This document shows positions 9,737 to 20,247 of a stretch of DNA of 55,179 nt, in pieces (position 1 is the first letter of the stretch; every line of letters begins with the position of its first letter). The notes below the pieces were generated by a model. That model made no database searches. It worked only from the letters and a program-made list of their open reading frames with translations, and was not told the origin of the DNA. The position numbers and the translations under genes are program-made. The stretch is from the IMG/VR virus record IMGVR_UViG_3300046734_000050, positions 1-55,179 of that record; one strand, 5' to 3'. The stretch is from a virus. Its lineage: Duplodnaviria; Caudoviricetes.

Positions 9737-9811
9737 TTATAAAGTAAAATGACTAAAAACTAATAGTACACATTCCGTGTACATTTGATAAATGTTTAAG
9801 GAGATTTAAAA

Positions 9812-10870
9812 ATGGCATTTACAGCAGCAGCTGGTTATGGTAATCTTCCTAACGGTAATTTTAGTCCTATTATTTACAGCAAACAGGTTCAACTTGCTTT
9901 CCGCAAGGGGTCTGTCGTTGAAGCTATCACTAACAGTGATTACTTCGGTGAGATTGCTAATATGGGCGATTCCGTTAAGGTTATCAAAGAACCAGAAATA
10001 ACAGTCAAGGAATATGCAAGAGGAACAGCAATTACTCCTCAAGACCTTGATGACGAAGAATTTTCACTTACTATTGACAAAGCTAATTACTTTGCATTTA
10101 AAGTGGATGATATTGAAGAGGCTCACTCTCATATTAACTTTCAACAGTTAGCATCAGATAGAGCAGCTTATAGACTAGCCGACCAATTTGACCAAGATGT
10201 ACTTGGTTATATGTCAGGTTTTAAGCAATCAGCTATACACGGTGCACCTGATACAGCTAATACTACCACTAACGGTACTGTTGCTGTTTCAACTGCAGGT
10301 TCTGACGAACTCTTATCATCAATGAAAGTTGATGCTTCAGACTTCGGTGGTTCAGCAGGTGACGCTGTGGCTATCTTACCAAGAACAGGTGGAGCTACAA
10401 CTGCTGCTCCTGCAAACGGTGATAGACACCCATTAACTGTTATTGCTAGAATGTCTAGACTATTAGACCAACAGAATGTTGACACTAATGGTAGATGGTT
10501 AGTATTAGACCCTGTATTTATAGAAGTACTAAAGGATGAAGATTCAAGATTATTTGATGCAGACTTTGGTGGTTCAGGACTACAGAATGGTTTAATTCTA
10601 AACAACCTACATGGTTTCAAGGTTTATCAGTCAAACAATTTACCAAAAATAGGTACTGGACCATCTAATACAGGTGCTAACAGTTCCACTAACTATGGTG
10701 TAATTGTTGCTGGTCATTCTTCATCAGTAGCTACTGCCGAGCAAATCAACAAGACAGAGACTTACAGAGACCCTGATTCTTTTGCTGATATTGTTCGTGG
10801 TATGCATTTGTACGGTAGGAAGATACTTCGCCCAGAAGCAATCACTACTTGTGCTTATCACTTAGCGTAA
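9812..10870 (+). CDS. Major capsid protein
   Basis: 352 aa; NFSPIIYSK, YFGEIANMGDSVKVIKEP, DIVRGMHLYGRKILRPEA; AAGGAG RBS. Confidence 0.92.
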   Translation: MAFTAAAGYGNLPNGNFSPIIYSKQVQLAFRKGSVVEAITNSDYFGEIANMGDSVKVIKEPEITVKEYARGTAITPQDLDDEEFSLTIDKANYFAFKVDDIEEAHSHINFQQLASDRAAYRLADQFDQDVLGYMSGFKQSAIHGAPDTANTTTNGTVAVSTAGSDELLSSMKVDASDFGGSAGDAVAILPRTGGATTAAPANGDRHPLTVIARMSRLLDQQNVDTNGRWLVLDPVFIEVLKDEDSRLFDADFGGSGLQNGLILNNLHGFKVYQSNNLPKIGTGPSNTGANSSTNYGVIVAGHSSSVATAEQINKTETYRDPDSFADIVRGMHLYGRKILRPEAITTCAYHLA

Positions 10871-10884
10871 AGGGAGATTGAATT

Positions 10885-11367
10885 ATGGCGAATATTACTG
10901 CTGTTCTTAAAGCCGCTTCTGGCAACTCCCAGAGAGGCAGAAACGTATACTATATAGATAACGTTATTGACTTAACTGCTAATAGTATTAATCCTAACGG
11001 TGATACCATTCAAGCTATCACAGTTCCAGCTAATACTCTTGTTGTGGGTGCAGGTCTTCAGGTTGTAGAAAGTGCAACTCAGAATACTGGTACAGACGCA
11101 ACAGCATCACTTGGTTTCACAGGTGGTGACGTTGATGAGTTTGTTGCAACTTTTGATATTGATGGTGCTGCCGATGGTGCTTATGCTCCTCAAATTGCAA
11201 TCACAGGTTTGACTGCTTCTACTTCTGCTGACACTATTGATGTGTTATTAGCAGGTAGTGGTGCATCATTCAGTGCAGGTAAAATCCGTGTCTATGCAAT
11301 GATGATGGATATAAGTGACCAAGGTGATATGTCTGCTGACGAAGTAGATAGAGACACTTTAGCTTAA
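10885..11367 (+). CDS. Probable capsid decoration / minor capsid protein
   Basis: 160 aa, beta-rich, follows the capsid gene and precedes a terminator. Confidence 0.6.
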   Translation: MANITAVLKAASGNSQRGRNVYYIDNVIDLTANSINPNGDTIQAITVPANTLVVGAGLQVVESATQNTGTDATASLGFTGGDVDEFVATFDIDGAADGAYAPQIAITGLTASTSADTIDVLLAGSGASFSAGKIRVYAMMMDISDQGDMSADEVDRDTLA

Positions 11368-11375
11368 ATCATATA

Positions 11376-11410
11376 TAAGGGAGCAGGGCAACTTGCTCTC
11401 TTATCTTTAT
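11376..11410 (+). terminator. Rho-independent terminator after capsid genes
   Basis: GGGAGCAGG-GCAA-CTTGCTCTC stem with GNRA loop, then TTATCTTT. Confidence 0.75.
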
Positions 11411-11420
11411 AGGAATTATT

Positions 11421-12362
11421 ATGGCAGAAAACTACCTAACATTAACAAATAAAGTAATAGCAAGGTTGAATGAGGTTGCATTAACTTCAGCAACCTTTTC
11501 TAGTGCTAGGGGTATACAAGTTCAATGCCAAAACGCAGTTAATGAATCAATAAGATATATAAATCAGAAAGAATTTCAATATCCATTTAATCATGCTACA
11601 GATACAAAAGTATTAACAGCAGGAGTGGTTAGATATTCTTTACCTACTACAACTAAAACAGTCGATTACAATACTTTTAGAATTATTAAAGACTCTGACT
11701 TAGGTATAGGAGGTGGCAATTTAAGAATATTAAACTATAATGATTATGTAAATAATTTTATTACACAAGAAGATGAAATAAGTAGTACAGTAACTAGTAC
11801 GACACACACTGATAGTGTAACAACCATAACCGTCACAAGCACCACAGGTTTTGACAGCACGGGTACTTTGTTTGTCGGCAATGAAGAAATTACATATACA
11901 GGTACAACAAGTACAACATTTACAGGGTGCACTAGAGGTGCAGGTGGTACTACAGCGGCTTCAATAGATAGCGGTATTACTGTTACGCAGTTTGACGGGG
12001 GTGGTGTTCCTGAGTTTGTTATAAGAACCCCTGATAACAATTATCTTTTATATCCCTTCCCTAAAAAATCATATACTATAAAGTATGATTACTTTTCATT
12101 TCCTACTGACTTATCATTATTTGATGACGTAACAACTGTACCTGATAGATTTGCGGCGGTTATTATAGATGGTGCTACAGCATTTGTTTATCAATACAGG
12201 GGTGAGACACAGCAATATCAATTAAACTTTGGAAGATTTGAACAGGGTATAAAAAATATGCAGACATTGTTGGTTAATAGATTTGATTATGTAAGGTCTA
12301 CTTACATACCACAATCAAGTTCAGGAAGTAATAGCTCTACTTTAAACATTAGAGTAAATTAA
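11421..12362 (+). CDS. Head-tail adaptor (tail tubular protein A-like)
   Basis: YLTLTNKVIARLNEV N-terminus, YPFP and VIIDGA C-terminal motifs; position after capsid genes. Confidence 0.7.
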   Translation: MAENYLTLTNKVIARLNEVALTSATFSSARGIQVQCQNAVNESIRYINQKEFQYPFNHATDTKVLTAGVVRYSLPTTTKTVDYNTFRIIKDSDLGIGGGNLRILNYNDYVNNFITQEDEISSTVTSTTHTDSVTTITVTSTTGFDSTGTLFVGNEEITYTGTTSTTFTGCTRGAGGTTAASIDSGITVTQFDGGGVPEFVIRTPDNNYLLYPFPKKSYTIKYDYFSFPTDLSLFDDVTTVPDRFAAVIIDGATAFVYQYRGETQQYQLNFGRFEQGIKNMQTLLVNRFDYVRSTYIPQSSSGSNSSTLNIRVN

Positions 12363-12363
12363 T

Positions 12364-13878
12364 ATGGCAGACCAATCTCAAACAGTGCCTTCAGCATTTA
12401 CTTGTGAAGGTGGTTTAGTATTAAATAAATCTACATTTATGATGCAACCGGGTGAAGCATTAGAGCTAGAAAACTTTGAGCCTGACATAACAGGTGGCTA
12501 CAGAAGAATAAATGGTTACTCTAAATATGTAGATGCAGTTGTACCACAGACAGCATCCTCTACCGAAAAAGTACTTATGGTTGTTACTTTTGGTAGTAAG
12601 GTCTTGGCAGCTAGAGGCGAAAGTATCTATAGTGCAGACCCGGGTGGTTCATCTTGGACTAGTATAGATAGTGGTAGAACAAATGCAGGTAAGTATAGGT
12701 TTGAGAGATACAACTTTGATGGTACAGATAAGTTAATAGTTGTTGATGGTACTAACGCACCAACAATATTTAATTCATCTTTAACAGCTTCAGATGTAGC
12801 GGCATCTTCAGTAGCAGGTGCTAAACATGTAGCTGCTTTTAGAGACCATATGTTTTACTCAGGTATGTCTAGTACCCCACAAGAACTAGTGTTTAGTAAA
12901 CCTTTTGATGAAGATAACTTTTCTAGTGGTTCAGGCTCAGGTTCTATTGCAGTTGATGATAATATAGTAGGCATCAAGGTTTTCCGAGATAACTTGTTTA
13001 TCTTTTGTCAAAATAGAATATTTAAGTTAGCAGGTTCTTCCGTTACTGACTTTGCAATACAAGATGTAACAAGAGACATAGGTTGTATAAATGGTGACAC
13101 AATTCAAGAATTTGCTGGTGACCTTATCTTTCTTGGTCCTGATGGCTTGCGTACCATCGCAGGTACAGCTAGAATTGGTGACGTGGAGTTGGGCACTATA
13201 AGCTCTAACGTGCAGTCTATATTTAATGATAACATAGCTAGTTCATCAGAATTTGATAGCACGGTTATACCTGACAAAACACAATATAGAATATTTTTTA
13301 CTAAGAGTGGAACATTGGAAACACAAACAAAGGGTGTGATTTGTGTTCTTAAAGGACAAAGATTTGAGTTTGCTGAGATTAGAGGAATAAAACCTGCGAG
13401 TACTGACCACTTTGTTAATGATGGTGATGTTATAGTTTTACACGGTGGGTATGAAGACGGTTACATTTACAGACAAGAATCAGGTGATACCTTTGATGGT
13501 GTTAACATAGCAGGTAAATATAGAAGTCCAGACTTAACTTTTAATGACCCCGGAATAAGAAAACATATGCAAAGGGTTATTATTAACTATAAACCTGAAT
13601 CAACAGTAGACGCTGATTTATTTTTAAGATATGACTATGAAGCATCTGACTCATCTAGACCTGCCGCCTACCCTTTAGACTCAGGCGATGTTGTTGCTAT
13701 ATATGGCACATCAGTTTATGGAGTACCTACATATGGTGGAGCTGCACAACCTTTAGTTAGACAAGCCGTAGAAGGTTCAGGTTTTGCTGTAGCATTAAGA
13801 GTTAGAGATGGAACAGGAAGTGCACCTTATTCACTTAAAGGTTTTCAGCTAGAATATCAATTAGGAGCAAGAAGATAA
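12364..13878 (+). CDS. Tail nozzle / stabilisation protein (tubular B-like)
   Basis: 504 aa, beta-propeller-like; DIGCI...IQEFAGDLIFLGPDGLR; follows the adaptor. Confidence 0.7.
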   Translation: MADQSQTVPSAFTCEGGLVLNKSTFMMQPGEALELENFEPDITGGYRRINGYSKYVDAVVPQTASSTEKVLMVVTFGSKVLAARGESIYSADPGGSSWTSIDSGRTNAGKYRFERYNFDGTDKLIVVDGTNAPTIFNSSLTASDVAASSVAGAKHVAAFRDHMFYSGMSSTPQELVFSKPFDEDNFSSGSGSGSIAVDDNIVGIKVFRDNLFIFCQNRIFKLAGSSVTDFAIQDVTRDIGCINGDTIQEFAGDLIFLGPDGLRTIAGTARIGDVELGTISSNVQSIFNDNIASSSEFDSTVIPDKTQYRIFFTKSGTLETQTKGVICVLKGQRFEFAEIRGIKPASTDHFVNDGDVIVLHGGYEDGYIYRQESGDTFDGVNIAGKYRSPDLTFNDPGIRKHMQRVIINYKPESTVDADLFLRYDYEASDSSRPAAYPLDSGDVVAIYGTSVYGVPTYGGAAQPLVRQAVEGSGFAVALRVRDGTGSAPYSLKGFQLEYQLGARR

Positions 13879-15567
13879 ATGGGAGCTACATACACTAGAC
13901 AATCCTCGTACACAGATGGAGATATAATCACTGCGGCTCATACCAATGATGAGTTCAATCAGTTATTAGCTGCCTTTGCTGCAAGTACAGGACATACCCA
14001 TGATGGTACGACTGCTGAAGGTGGTCCTATCACTAAGATGCTTGGCACATCTCTTACACTAGGAGATGGCACAGCAGGTACAGATATTACAGTTACATTT
14101 GATGGTGAGTCAAATGATGGTGTCCTTAAATGGATGGAAGATGAGGATTATTTTGAGTTCAGTGATGACATACTTGTTGCTTCTACAGAGAAGTTACAAT
14201 TCAGAGACACAGCTTTATACATCAATTCAAGTGCCGATGGACAACTTGACATTGTTGCCGACACAGAAGTCCAAATAGCCGCACCAACAATTGACATAAA
14301 TGGTGATGCAGACGTATCAGGTACACTAACATATGGTAGCTTGTCTGATGGCTCTATAACTATTACAGCGTTTGTAGATGAAGATAACATGGCATCTGAC
14401 AGTGCTACTCTTGTACCTACACAGCAGTCTGTAAAGGCATATGTAGATGCACAGGTAACTGCTCAAGACCTAGACTTCCAAGCAGATAGTGGTGGTGCAT
14501 TAAACATAGACTTAGATAGTGAGATACTTACTCTCACAGGTGGTACAGGTATTGATACAAGTGGTAGTGGTAACGCTGTTACCTTTGCAATAGATTCTAC
14601 TGTAGCTACACTTACAGGCTCACAAACACTTACAAATAAAACAATAGATGTAGACAACAATACTGTTTCTAACATTGAAGTTGACAATCTTAAATCAGGT
14701 GTACTAGACACAGACTTATCTTCTGTATCAGGTAGCGATGACACACTAGCTTCTGCAAAAGCTATTAAGACTTATGTAGACTCACAAGTAACTGCACAGG
14801 ACTTAGACTTTCAGGGTGACTCAGGTGGAGCATTAAGCATTGACTTAGACAGCGAAACTTTAGACATAGCAGGTGGTACAGGTATTGACACTTCAGGTTC
14901 AGGTAATACACTTACTGTAGCTATTGACAGTACAGTTGCTACACTTACAGGAACACAAACACTTACAAACAAAACACTTACAGCACCTACTATAAGTAGT
15001 ATTACTAATTCAGGTACACTTACATTACCTACATCTTCTGACACACTTGTAGGTAAAGCTACTACTGACACATTAACTAACAAAACTATTGACGTTGATA
15101 ATAACACAGTATCTAACATTGAGGTAGATAACTTCAAAGGTACAGCCATTGTAACTGAATCAGAAGGTATTGGGTCTAGTGACAATGATACATCCTTACC
15201 TACATCAGCAGCGGTTAAGGATTACGTAGATACACAAATTACTGCTGAAGATTTAGATATTACAACAGATAGTGGTACAATTGCAATTGACCTTGACAGT
15301 GAGACACTAACTGTTGCAGGAACATCTAATGAGATTGAGACAAGTGCAACAGGTAATATAGTAACAATTGGATTACCAAACTCTGTTACTATAAGTGGTA
15401 CTTCAACAGCTACTACATTTAGTGGTGATTTAAATGGTACAATTAATAGTGCTACTACAGCTACTACACAGACAGCAGGAACAAATAATACATTAGTTGC
15501 TACCACAGCCTTTGCTGTCACGGAAGCAAATAACTCAGCAGTAGCAATGGCAATTGCTCTAGGATAA
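13879..15567 (+). CDS. Tail fibre protein with internal repeats
   Basis: N-terminal DEFNQLLAAF...GHTHDG; three VKxYVDxQ(V/I)TAxDLD...IDLDSE repeats; QTLTNKT motifs; C-terminal AMAIALG. Confidence 0.8.
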   Translation: MGATYTRQSSYTDGDIITAAHTNDEFNQLLAAFAASTGHTHDGTTAEGGPITKMLGTSLTLGDGTAGTDITVTFDGESNDGVLKWMEDEDYFEFSDDILVASTEKLQFRDTALYINSSADGQLDIVADTEVQIAAPTIDINGDADVSGTLTYGSLSDGSITITAFVDEDNMASDSATLVPTQQSVKAYVDAQVTAQDLDFQADSGGALNIDLDSEILTLTGGTGIDTSGSGNAVTFAIDSTVATLTGSQTLTNKTIDVDNNTVSNIEVDNLKSGVLDTDLSSVSGSDDTLASAKAIKTYVDSQVTAQDLDFQGDSGGALSIDLDSETLDIAGGTGIDTSGSGNTLTVAIDSTVATLTGTQTLTNKTLTAPTISSITNSGTLTLPTSSDTLVGKATTDTLTNKTIDVDNNTVSNIEVDNFKGTAIVTESEGIGSSDNDTSLPTSAAVKDYVDTQITAEDLDITTDSGTIAIDLDSETLTVAGTSNEIETSATGNIVTIGLPNSVTISGTSTATTFSGDLNGTINSATTATTQTAGTNNTLVATTAFAVTEANNSAVAMAIALG

Positions 15568-15575
15568 GAAAATAC

Positions 15576-15604
15576 TTGACAAATAAAGCAAAACCGAGTA
15601 TAAT
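15576..15604 (+). promoter_or_regulatory. Consensus sigma70 promoter for the distal fibre / internal protein block
   Basis: TTGACA-N17-TATAAT in an intergenic gap. Confidence 0.85.
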
Positions 15605-15626
15605 TATATAACATAAGGAAAAGGAA

Positions 15627-15971
15627 ATGGCAAACGCATTTTTATCAGAAACTGATACAGGAATTGGTACATCACCTGCTACTATACTAACATGTGGTGC
15701 TTCAACTGAAACTACCATCATTGGTCTTAGTATCTCCAACATAGTCACTAGCCAAATCACTGTAGATGTACAGCTTGATGCTTCAAGTCGTACTAGCGGT
15801 GCAGAAGACAGTGTTTACATTGTTAAGGGAGCACCTATACCTGTAGGTGGTTCGTTGGTAGTTGTAGGTGGAGACCAGAAACTTGTATTAGAACCGGGTG
15901 ATGCAGTTAAAGTTACATCTAGTCAAGCATCTTCTGCTGACGTTGTTCTGAGTCATCTAGATATTACATAA
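15627..15971 (+). CDS. Small tail / fibre connector protein
   Basis: 114 aa, beta-rich, IPVGGSL...KLVLEPGD; lies between fibre genes. Confidence 0.6.
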   Translation: MANAFLSETDTGIGTSPATILTCGASTETTIIGLSISNIVTSQITVDVQLDASSRTSGAEDSVYIVKGAPIPVGGSLVVVGGDQKLVLEPGDAVKVTSSQASSADVVLSHLDIT

Positions 15972-15981
15972 GGGGTAACGT

Positions 15982-17556
15982 ATGACATACGTAGGAAAAA
16001 AACCTGCCGATATAATTGCAACTGCTGTTGATACCACTACAGGTACGTTTAGTGGTGACCTAACAGTAGACACATCAACACTTTATGTAGACTCAGCTAA
16101 CAATAGGGTTGGTGTAGGAACTGTAAGTCCTGCTAATACTTTGTCAGTAGAAGGTTCAGGTACTGGACTAAATATAAATAGTACTAATGATGAAGTTAAA
16201 AAGATTGTTTTTGAAAATAGTGGCACTACTACTGGCTACATAGGAAGCAGTTCATCATCACCTATACGACTTTTAGATGGGTCAGCTAATGAACGCATGA
16301 GAATAGACAGTAGTGGCAACTTGTTGGTGGGATGCACTGCCGTAGGTGAAGGTGTGGGTAACACTAACTTAGGTATTACTGTAGGTAGTTTCTTGTCCGT
16401 GTCACGAGATGGTGGCACTGTAGGTTACTTTAATAGAAACACATCAGACGGCGACATTGTGCAACTCCGCAAAGACGGCTCTCTTGTAGGAAATATTGGT
16501 ACTTCAAATGGAGATTTATATATTGGTACTGGTGATACTGGATTAAGATTTCACGATGGTGATAATAGTATTTATTCAGTAAATGCTACTACTGGTGCAA
16601 AAATAAATGGAGCAGTAGATTTAGGTGAACCAGCAGGTCGTTTCAAAGACCTCTACCTATCTGGTGATATTACATTTGGTGATAGTCATTTTATTGGTAA
16701 CCAAACAACATCAGATAATTTGTTAATACAATCAAGCACTGGTGAAAATATAATATATGATTCTGCTAATGGTGGTCATATATTTTATAAGAATGGTACA
16801 GAAAAATTTAGGATTGATGATAATGGAAATGTCGGCATTGGCACTAGTGGTCCTGATACTACTTTAGATGTAGAAGGTGCAGGAGACTGCACAATAAGCA
16901 TTACTGCTAATAGTACAAGTCACGACAGTAAGATAGACTTTGTGCAAGGTTCAACAATAGAGGGTGGAATAACCTTTGACCATAATGGGTCTTTTGGCAG
17001 TGAACAAATACAATTTAGAGTAGGTAATAATACAACTCATGTATATATGCACGGAACTGGAGCAACTTCTTTTGGAGATTCTGATGCAAGTCCATATATA
17101 GCAACTGAAGGTCATGTAGTTGCTTTAAATGATGGTTCTAGATATGGAGGTCTTTTTGGTTGTGATAATATAGCAAATAGAGATGCAATTGCATTTGTAA
17201 ATCCAAATGGATTTGTTGGAAGTATTAAAACAAATGGTTCATCAACATCTTACAACACTTCTTCAGACCATAGACTTAAGGAAAATGTAACAGCAGATTG
17301 GGATGCAACAACTAGACTAAAGCAACTTAATCCAGTTCGTTTTAACTTCATAGCAGATGCAGACACCACAGTAGATGGCTTCTTAGCACATGAGGTGCAG
17401 TCAGTTGTACCTGAAGCTATTAGTGGCACACACAATGAACTAGATGATGATGGTAACCCTGTCTATCAAGGCATAGACCAAAGCAAACTTGTGCCTTTAC
17501 TCGTAAAGACAATACAAGAATTAGAAGCTAGAATAGAAACATTGGAGAACGCATAA
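15982..17556 (+). CDS. Tail fibre with C-terminal S74 intramolecular chaperone
   Basis: RVGVGT/NVGIGT repeats; SDHRLKENV...GFLAHEVQ...LVPLLVKTIQEL. Confidence 0.85.
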   Translation: MTYVGKKPADIIATAVDTTTGTFSGDLTVDTSTLYVDSANNRVGVGTVSPANTLSVEGSGTGLNINSTNDEVKKIVFENSGTTTGYIGSSSSSPIRLLDGSANERMRIDSSGNLLVGCTAVGEGVGNTNLGITVGSFLSVSRDGGTVGYFNRNTSDGDIVQLRKDGSLVGNIGTSNGDLYIGTGDTGLRFHDGDNSIYSVNATTGAKINGAVDLGEPAGRFKDLYLSGDITFGDSHFIGNQTTSDNLLIQSSTGENIIYDSANGGHIFYKNGTEKFRIDDNGNVGIGTSGPDTTLDVEGAGDCTISITANSTSHDSKIDFVQGSTIEGGITFDHNGSFGSEQIQFRVGNNTTHVYMHGTGATSFGDSDASPYIATEGHVVALNDGSRYGGLFGCDNIANRDAIAFVNPNGFVGSIKTNGSSTSYNTSSDHRLKENVTADWDATTRLKQLNPVRFNFIADADTTVDGFLAHEVQSVVPEAISGTHNELDDDGNPVYQGIDQSKLVPLLVKTIQELEARIETLENA

Positions 17557-19967
17557 TGGCATACATAGGAGTATCTCCTTCCAACGGAGTTAGACAAAAA
17601 CATACCTACACAGCCACTGCTTCACAGACAACATTCAGTGGTGCAGGGTCAGAAGGTATTTCACTAAGCTACAGAGATAGCAACTACGTTGATGTGTACA
17701 GAAATGGTGTTAAGCTAGGTGACGCAGATTACACTGCCACTAGTGGTACATCTATTGTGCTAGGAGAAGGTGCTGCTGTAAGTGATATCATAGAGATTGT
17801 AACATATGATGTATTTTCTGTAGCTGATACAGTAAGCAAGGCAGATGGTGGCACGTTTGATGGTAATGTCACAATGGCAGGTACTCTTGCAGTTACAGGT
17901 GAGACTACTCTTTCAGCTAATCTTAATCTAGGTGATAATGATAAAGTCATATTTGGTGATGATGATGATTTTGAAATAAGGTATAATAGTGCAACTGGTG
18001 AAAATCAGTTAAATCTTACAAGCAACCCTCTTGAGATGAAACAATTAGGAACAAACTCGGTTTTGCAACTTATTAATGGTGGAACAAATCACAATCAAGT
18101 CTTGCAAATACTTAAAGGAAGCACTCTCCACGGCAGTATTAGCACTGATACTAATAAATTAAAAATAGATGGCATTGGTTCTCTTGAGTTATCAGATGAC
18201 GGTAGTACTAAACTCGCCACCACATCAACAGGCATTGACGTAACAGGTACAGTTGTATCAGATGGTATGTCTACAAACACAGCAGGAACATCTAACTTTA
18301 TAGCAGGTGTCAATGCAGGTAACTCAATTACAAGTGGGGGTAATTTTAATACTGTAGTTGGCGATGAAGCAGGTACAGCTTTAACTACTGGAGATGACAA
18401 CACAGCATTAGGTTATGGAGCTTTATATTCAGAAGATGCACACGGAAAGAATACAGCAGTTGGCACTAATTCTCTGTTAACACTTAATGCAGGTGTAGAT
18501 GGTCACAACACAGCAGTCGGATATTTCTCAGGTAGAGCAATAACAACAGGAGTTCAAAACACCCTAATTGGTAGTCGTGCAGGAGATGCTTTGACTGATG
18601 CAGATTTCAATGTAGCTATTGGTGACCAAGCTCTAACTACTGATACTCAAGGTAGTAGGTCTATTGCCATTGGTTATGGTGCATTATCTACACAAAATTT
18701 TACTTCTGCTACTAATTCTCATAATACAGCAGTTGGACACGCTTCTGGAGCAGCAATCACAACAGGAACTCTCAACACTTTAGTTGGTGCATTATCTGGT
18801 GACGCATTAAATACAGGTGCAGAAAATGTGGCTCTTGGATACAATGCTTTAAGTGCAGATGTAAAAGGAAATAATAGTATTGCTATTGGTTCTAAAGCCT
18901 TGCAATCACAAAGTTTTTCTGGAGCAACAGATGTTTACAATACGGCAGTTGGGCATAATGCAGGTAAATCAGTAACAACAGGTGTACAAAACACTCTAAT
19001 TGGGGGTCTAGCTGGAGATGCCTTAACTACAGGAAATGAGAATACAGTTCTTGGTTATGATTCTCTAGGCTCAGATACTAAAGGAAAACATTCTGTAGCA
19101 ATAGGTCACAGAGCTTTAACAACTCAAAACTTTACTAGTACTACTGATAATTACAATATAGCAATAGGGACTCTTACATTAGCATCATTAACAACAGGAG
19201 TTAACAATACTTTCGTTGGTGGTCTTTCAGGTGATGCACTTACTGATGCTGATGATAATGTTGGAATTGGACTATTTGCACTTAGTGCATCAACACAAGA
19301 TAGCAGAAATGTAGCAATAGGAGCTAATGCTTTCAAAGTTTTAAATTATGGCTCACAAGCCAACTTTGAAGCTGTAGCTGTAGGATATGATGCAGGTAAA
19401 AGTGTAACTACTGGTTTAAGAAATCAATTATTTGGTGCTTTTGCAGGAAAAAACATTGATACTGGACAAAAAAATACATGCGTTGGCTATGATTCTGGTG
19501 CGACACTTACAAGTGGTGGTCAAAATACTTGTTTAGGATTTGAAGCAAATGTTGCGAGTGCAAGTGCAAATAATAGTATTACTTTAGGTAATGCAGATGT
19601 TACTGCATTAAGATGTCAGCAAACATCTATAAGTTCTTTATCAGATGTTAGAGATAAAACAGATATAATTGATTTACCTTATGGTTTAGATTTCATTAAT
19701 AAAACAAGACCAGTTCAATTTAAATGGAATTTAAGAGATGCTAAAGAAGAAAGCACATTAAATGGAACAATAAGAAATGGATTTATTGCACAAGAATTAC
19801 AAGACTTAGGCAATAATGACCAACATCAATTAGTATATGATGAAAATCCAGAAAAGCTAGAAGCAAGATATGGTAATCTAATGCCTATGCTAGTAAAGGC
19901 AGTACAAGAATTATCAGCACAAGTAACAGCATTACAATCTGAACTCAAAACAATAAAAGGAAAATAA
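17556..19967 (+). CDS. Tail fibre with beta-roll (YadA-like) repeats and S74 chaperone
   Basis: Many NTAVG/NVAIG/AGDALT repeats; SDVRDKTDI...GFIAQEL...LVKAVQEL. Confidence 0.85.
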   Translation: MAYIGVSPSNGVRQKHTYTATASQTTFSGAGSEGISLSYRDSNYVDVYRNGVKLGDADYTATSGTSIVLGEGAAVSDIIEIVTYDVFSVADTVSKADGGTFDGNVTMAGTLAVTGETTLSANLNLGDNDKVIFGDDDDFEIRYNSATGENQLNLTSNPLEMKQLGTNSVLQLINGGTNHNQVLQILKGSTLHGSISTDTNKLKIDGIGSLELSDDGSTKLATTSTGIDVTGTVVSDGMSTNTAGTSNFIAGVNAGNSITSGGNFNTVVGDEAGTALTTGDDNTALGYGALYSEDAHGKNTAVGTNSLLTLNAGVDGHNTAVGYFSGRAITTGVQNTLIGSRAGDALTDADFNVAIGDQALTTDTQGSRSIAIGYGALSTQNFTSATNSHNTAVGHASGAAITTGTLNTLVGALSGDALNTGAENVALGYNALSADVKGNNSIAIGSKALQSQSFSGATDVYNTAVGHNAGKSVTTGVQNTLIGGLAGDALTTGNENTVLGYDSLGSDTKGKHSVAIGHRALTTQNFTSTTDNYNIAIGTLTLASLTTGVNNTFVGGLSGDALTDADDNVGIGLFALSASTQDSRNVAIGANAFKVLNYGSQANFEAVAVGYDAGKSVTTGLRNQLFGAFAGKNIDTGQKNTCVGYDSGATLTSGGQNTCLGFEANVASASANNSITLGNADVTALRCQQTSISSLSDVRDKTDIIDLPYGLDFINKTRPVQFKWNLRDAKEESTLNGTIRNGFIAQELQDLGNNDQHQLVYDENPEKLEARYGNLMPMLVKAVQELSAQVTALQSELKTIKGK

Positions 19968-19968
19968 A

Positions 19969-20244
19969 ATGAGCAGAACAGCAGAAGAAATAGCACAAGC
20001 ACATTCCGCTTGTTTAGATGGAGCAAATACAATCAATGTTGTAATTGCTACACATAACTTAGGTGATGATGCAACAAATGAGAATTATGGACATGACATG
20101 ACACTTGAGGAAAAGAAAGCAAGGGTTAGTCGTAGTGTAGGATATCTTAAGTATCAGAAAGATAACTTTGATGATTGGGGTGATGCTGATTTTACAGTTA
20201 TAGATGCAGCGATAGCGAGTGCCGACACCTTTACAGAGGAATAA
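19969..20244 (+). CDS. Hypothetical protein, possible fibre assembly factor
   Basis: 91-aa ORF tightly packed between fibre genes, AAGGA RBS. Confidence 0.7.
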   Translation: MSRTAEEIAQAHSACLDGANTINVVIATHNLGDDATNENYGHDMTLEEKKARVSRSVGYLKYQKDNFDDWGDADFTVIDAAIASADTFTEE

Positions 20245-20247
20245 TAC

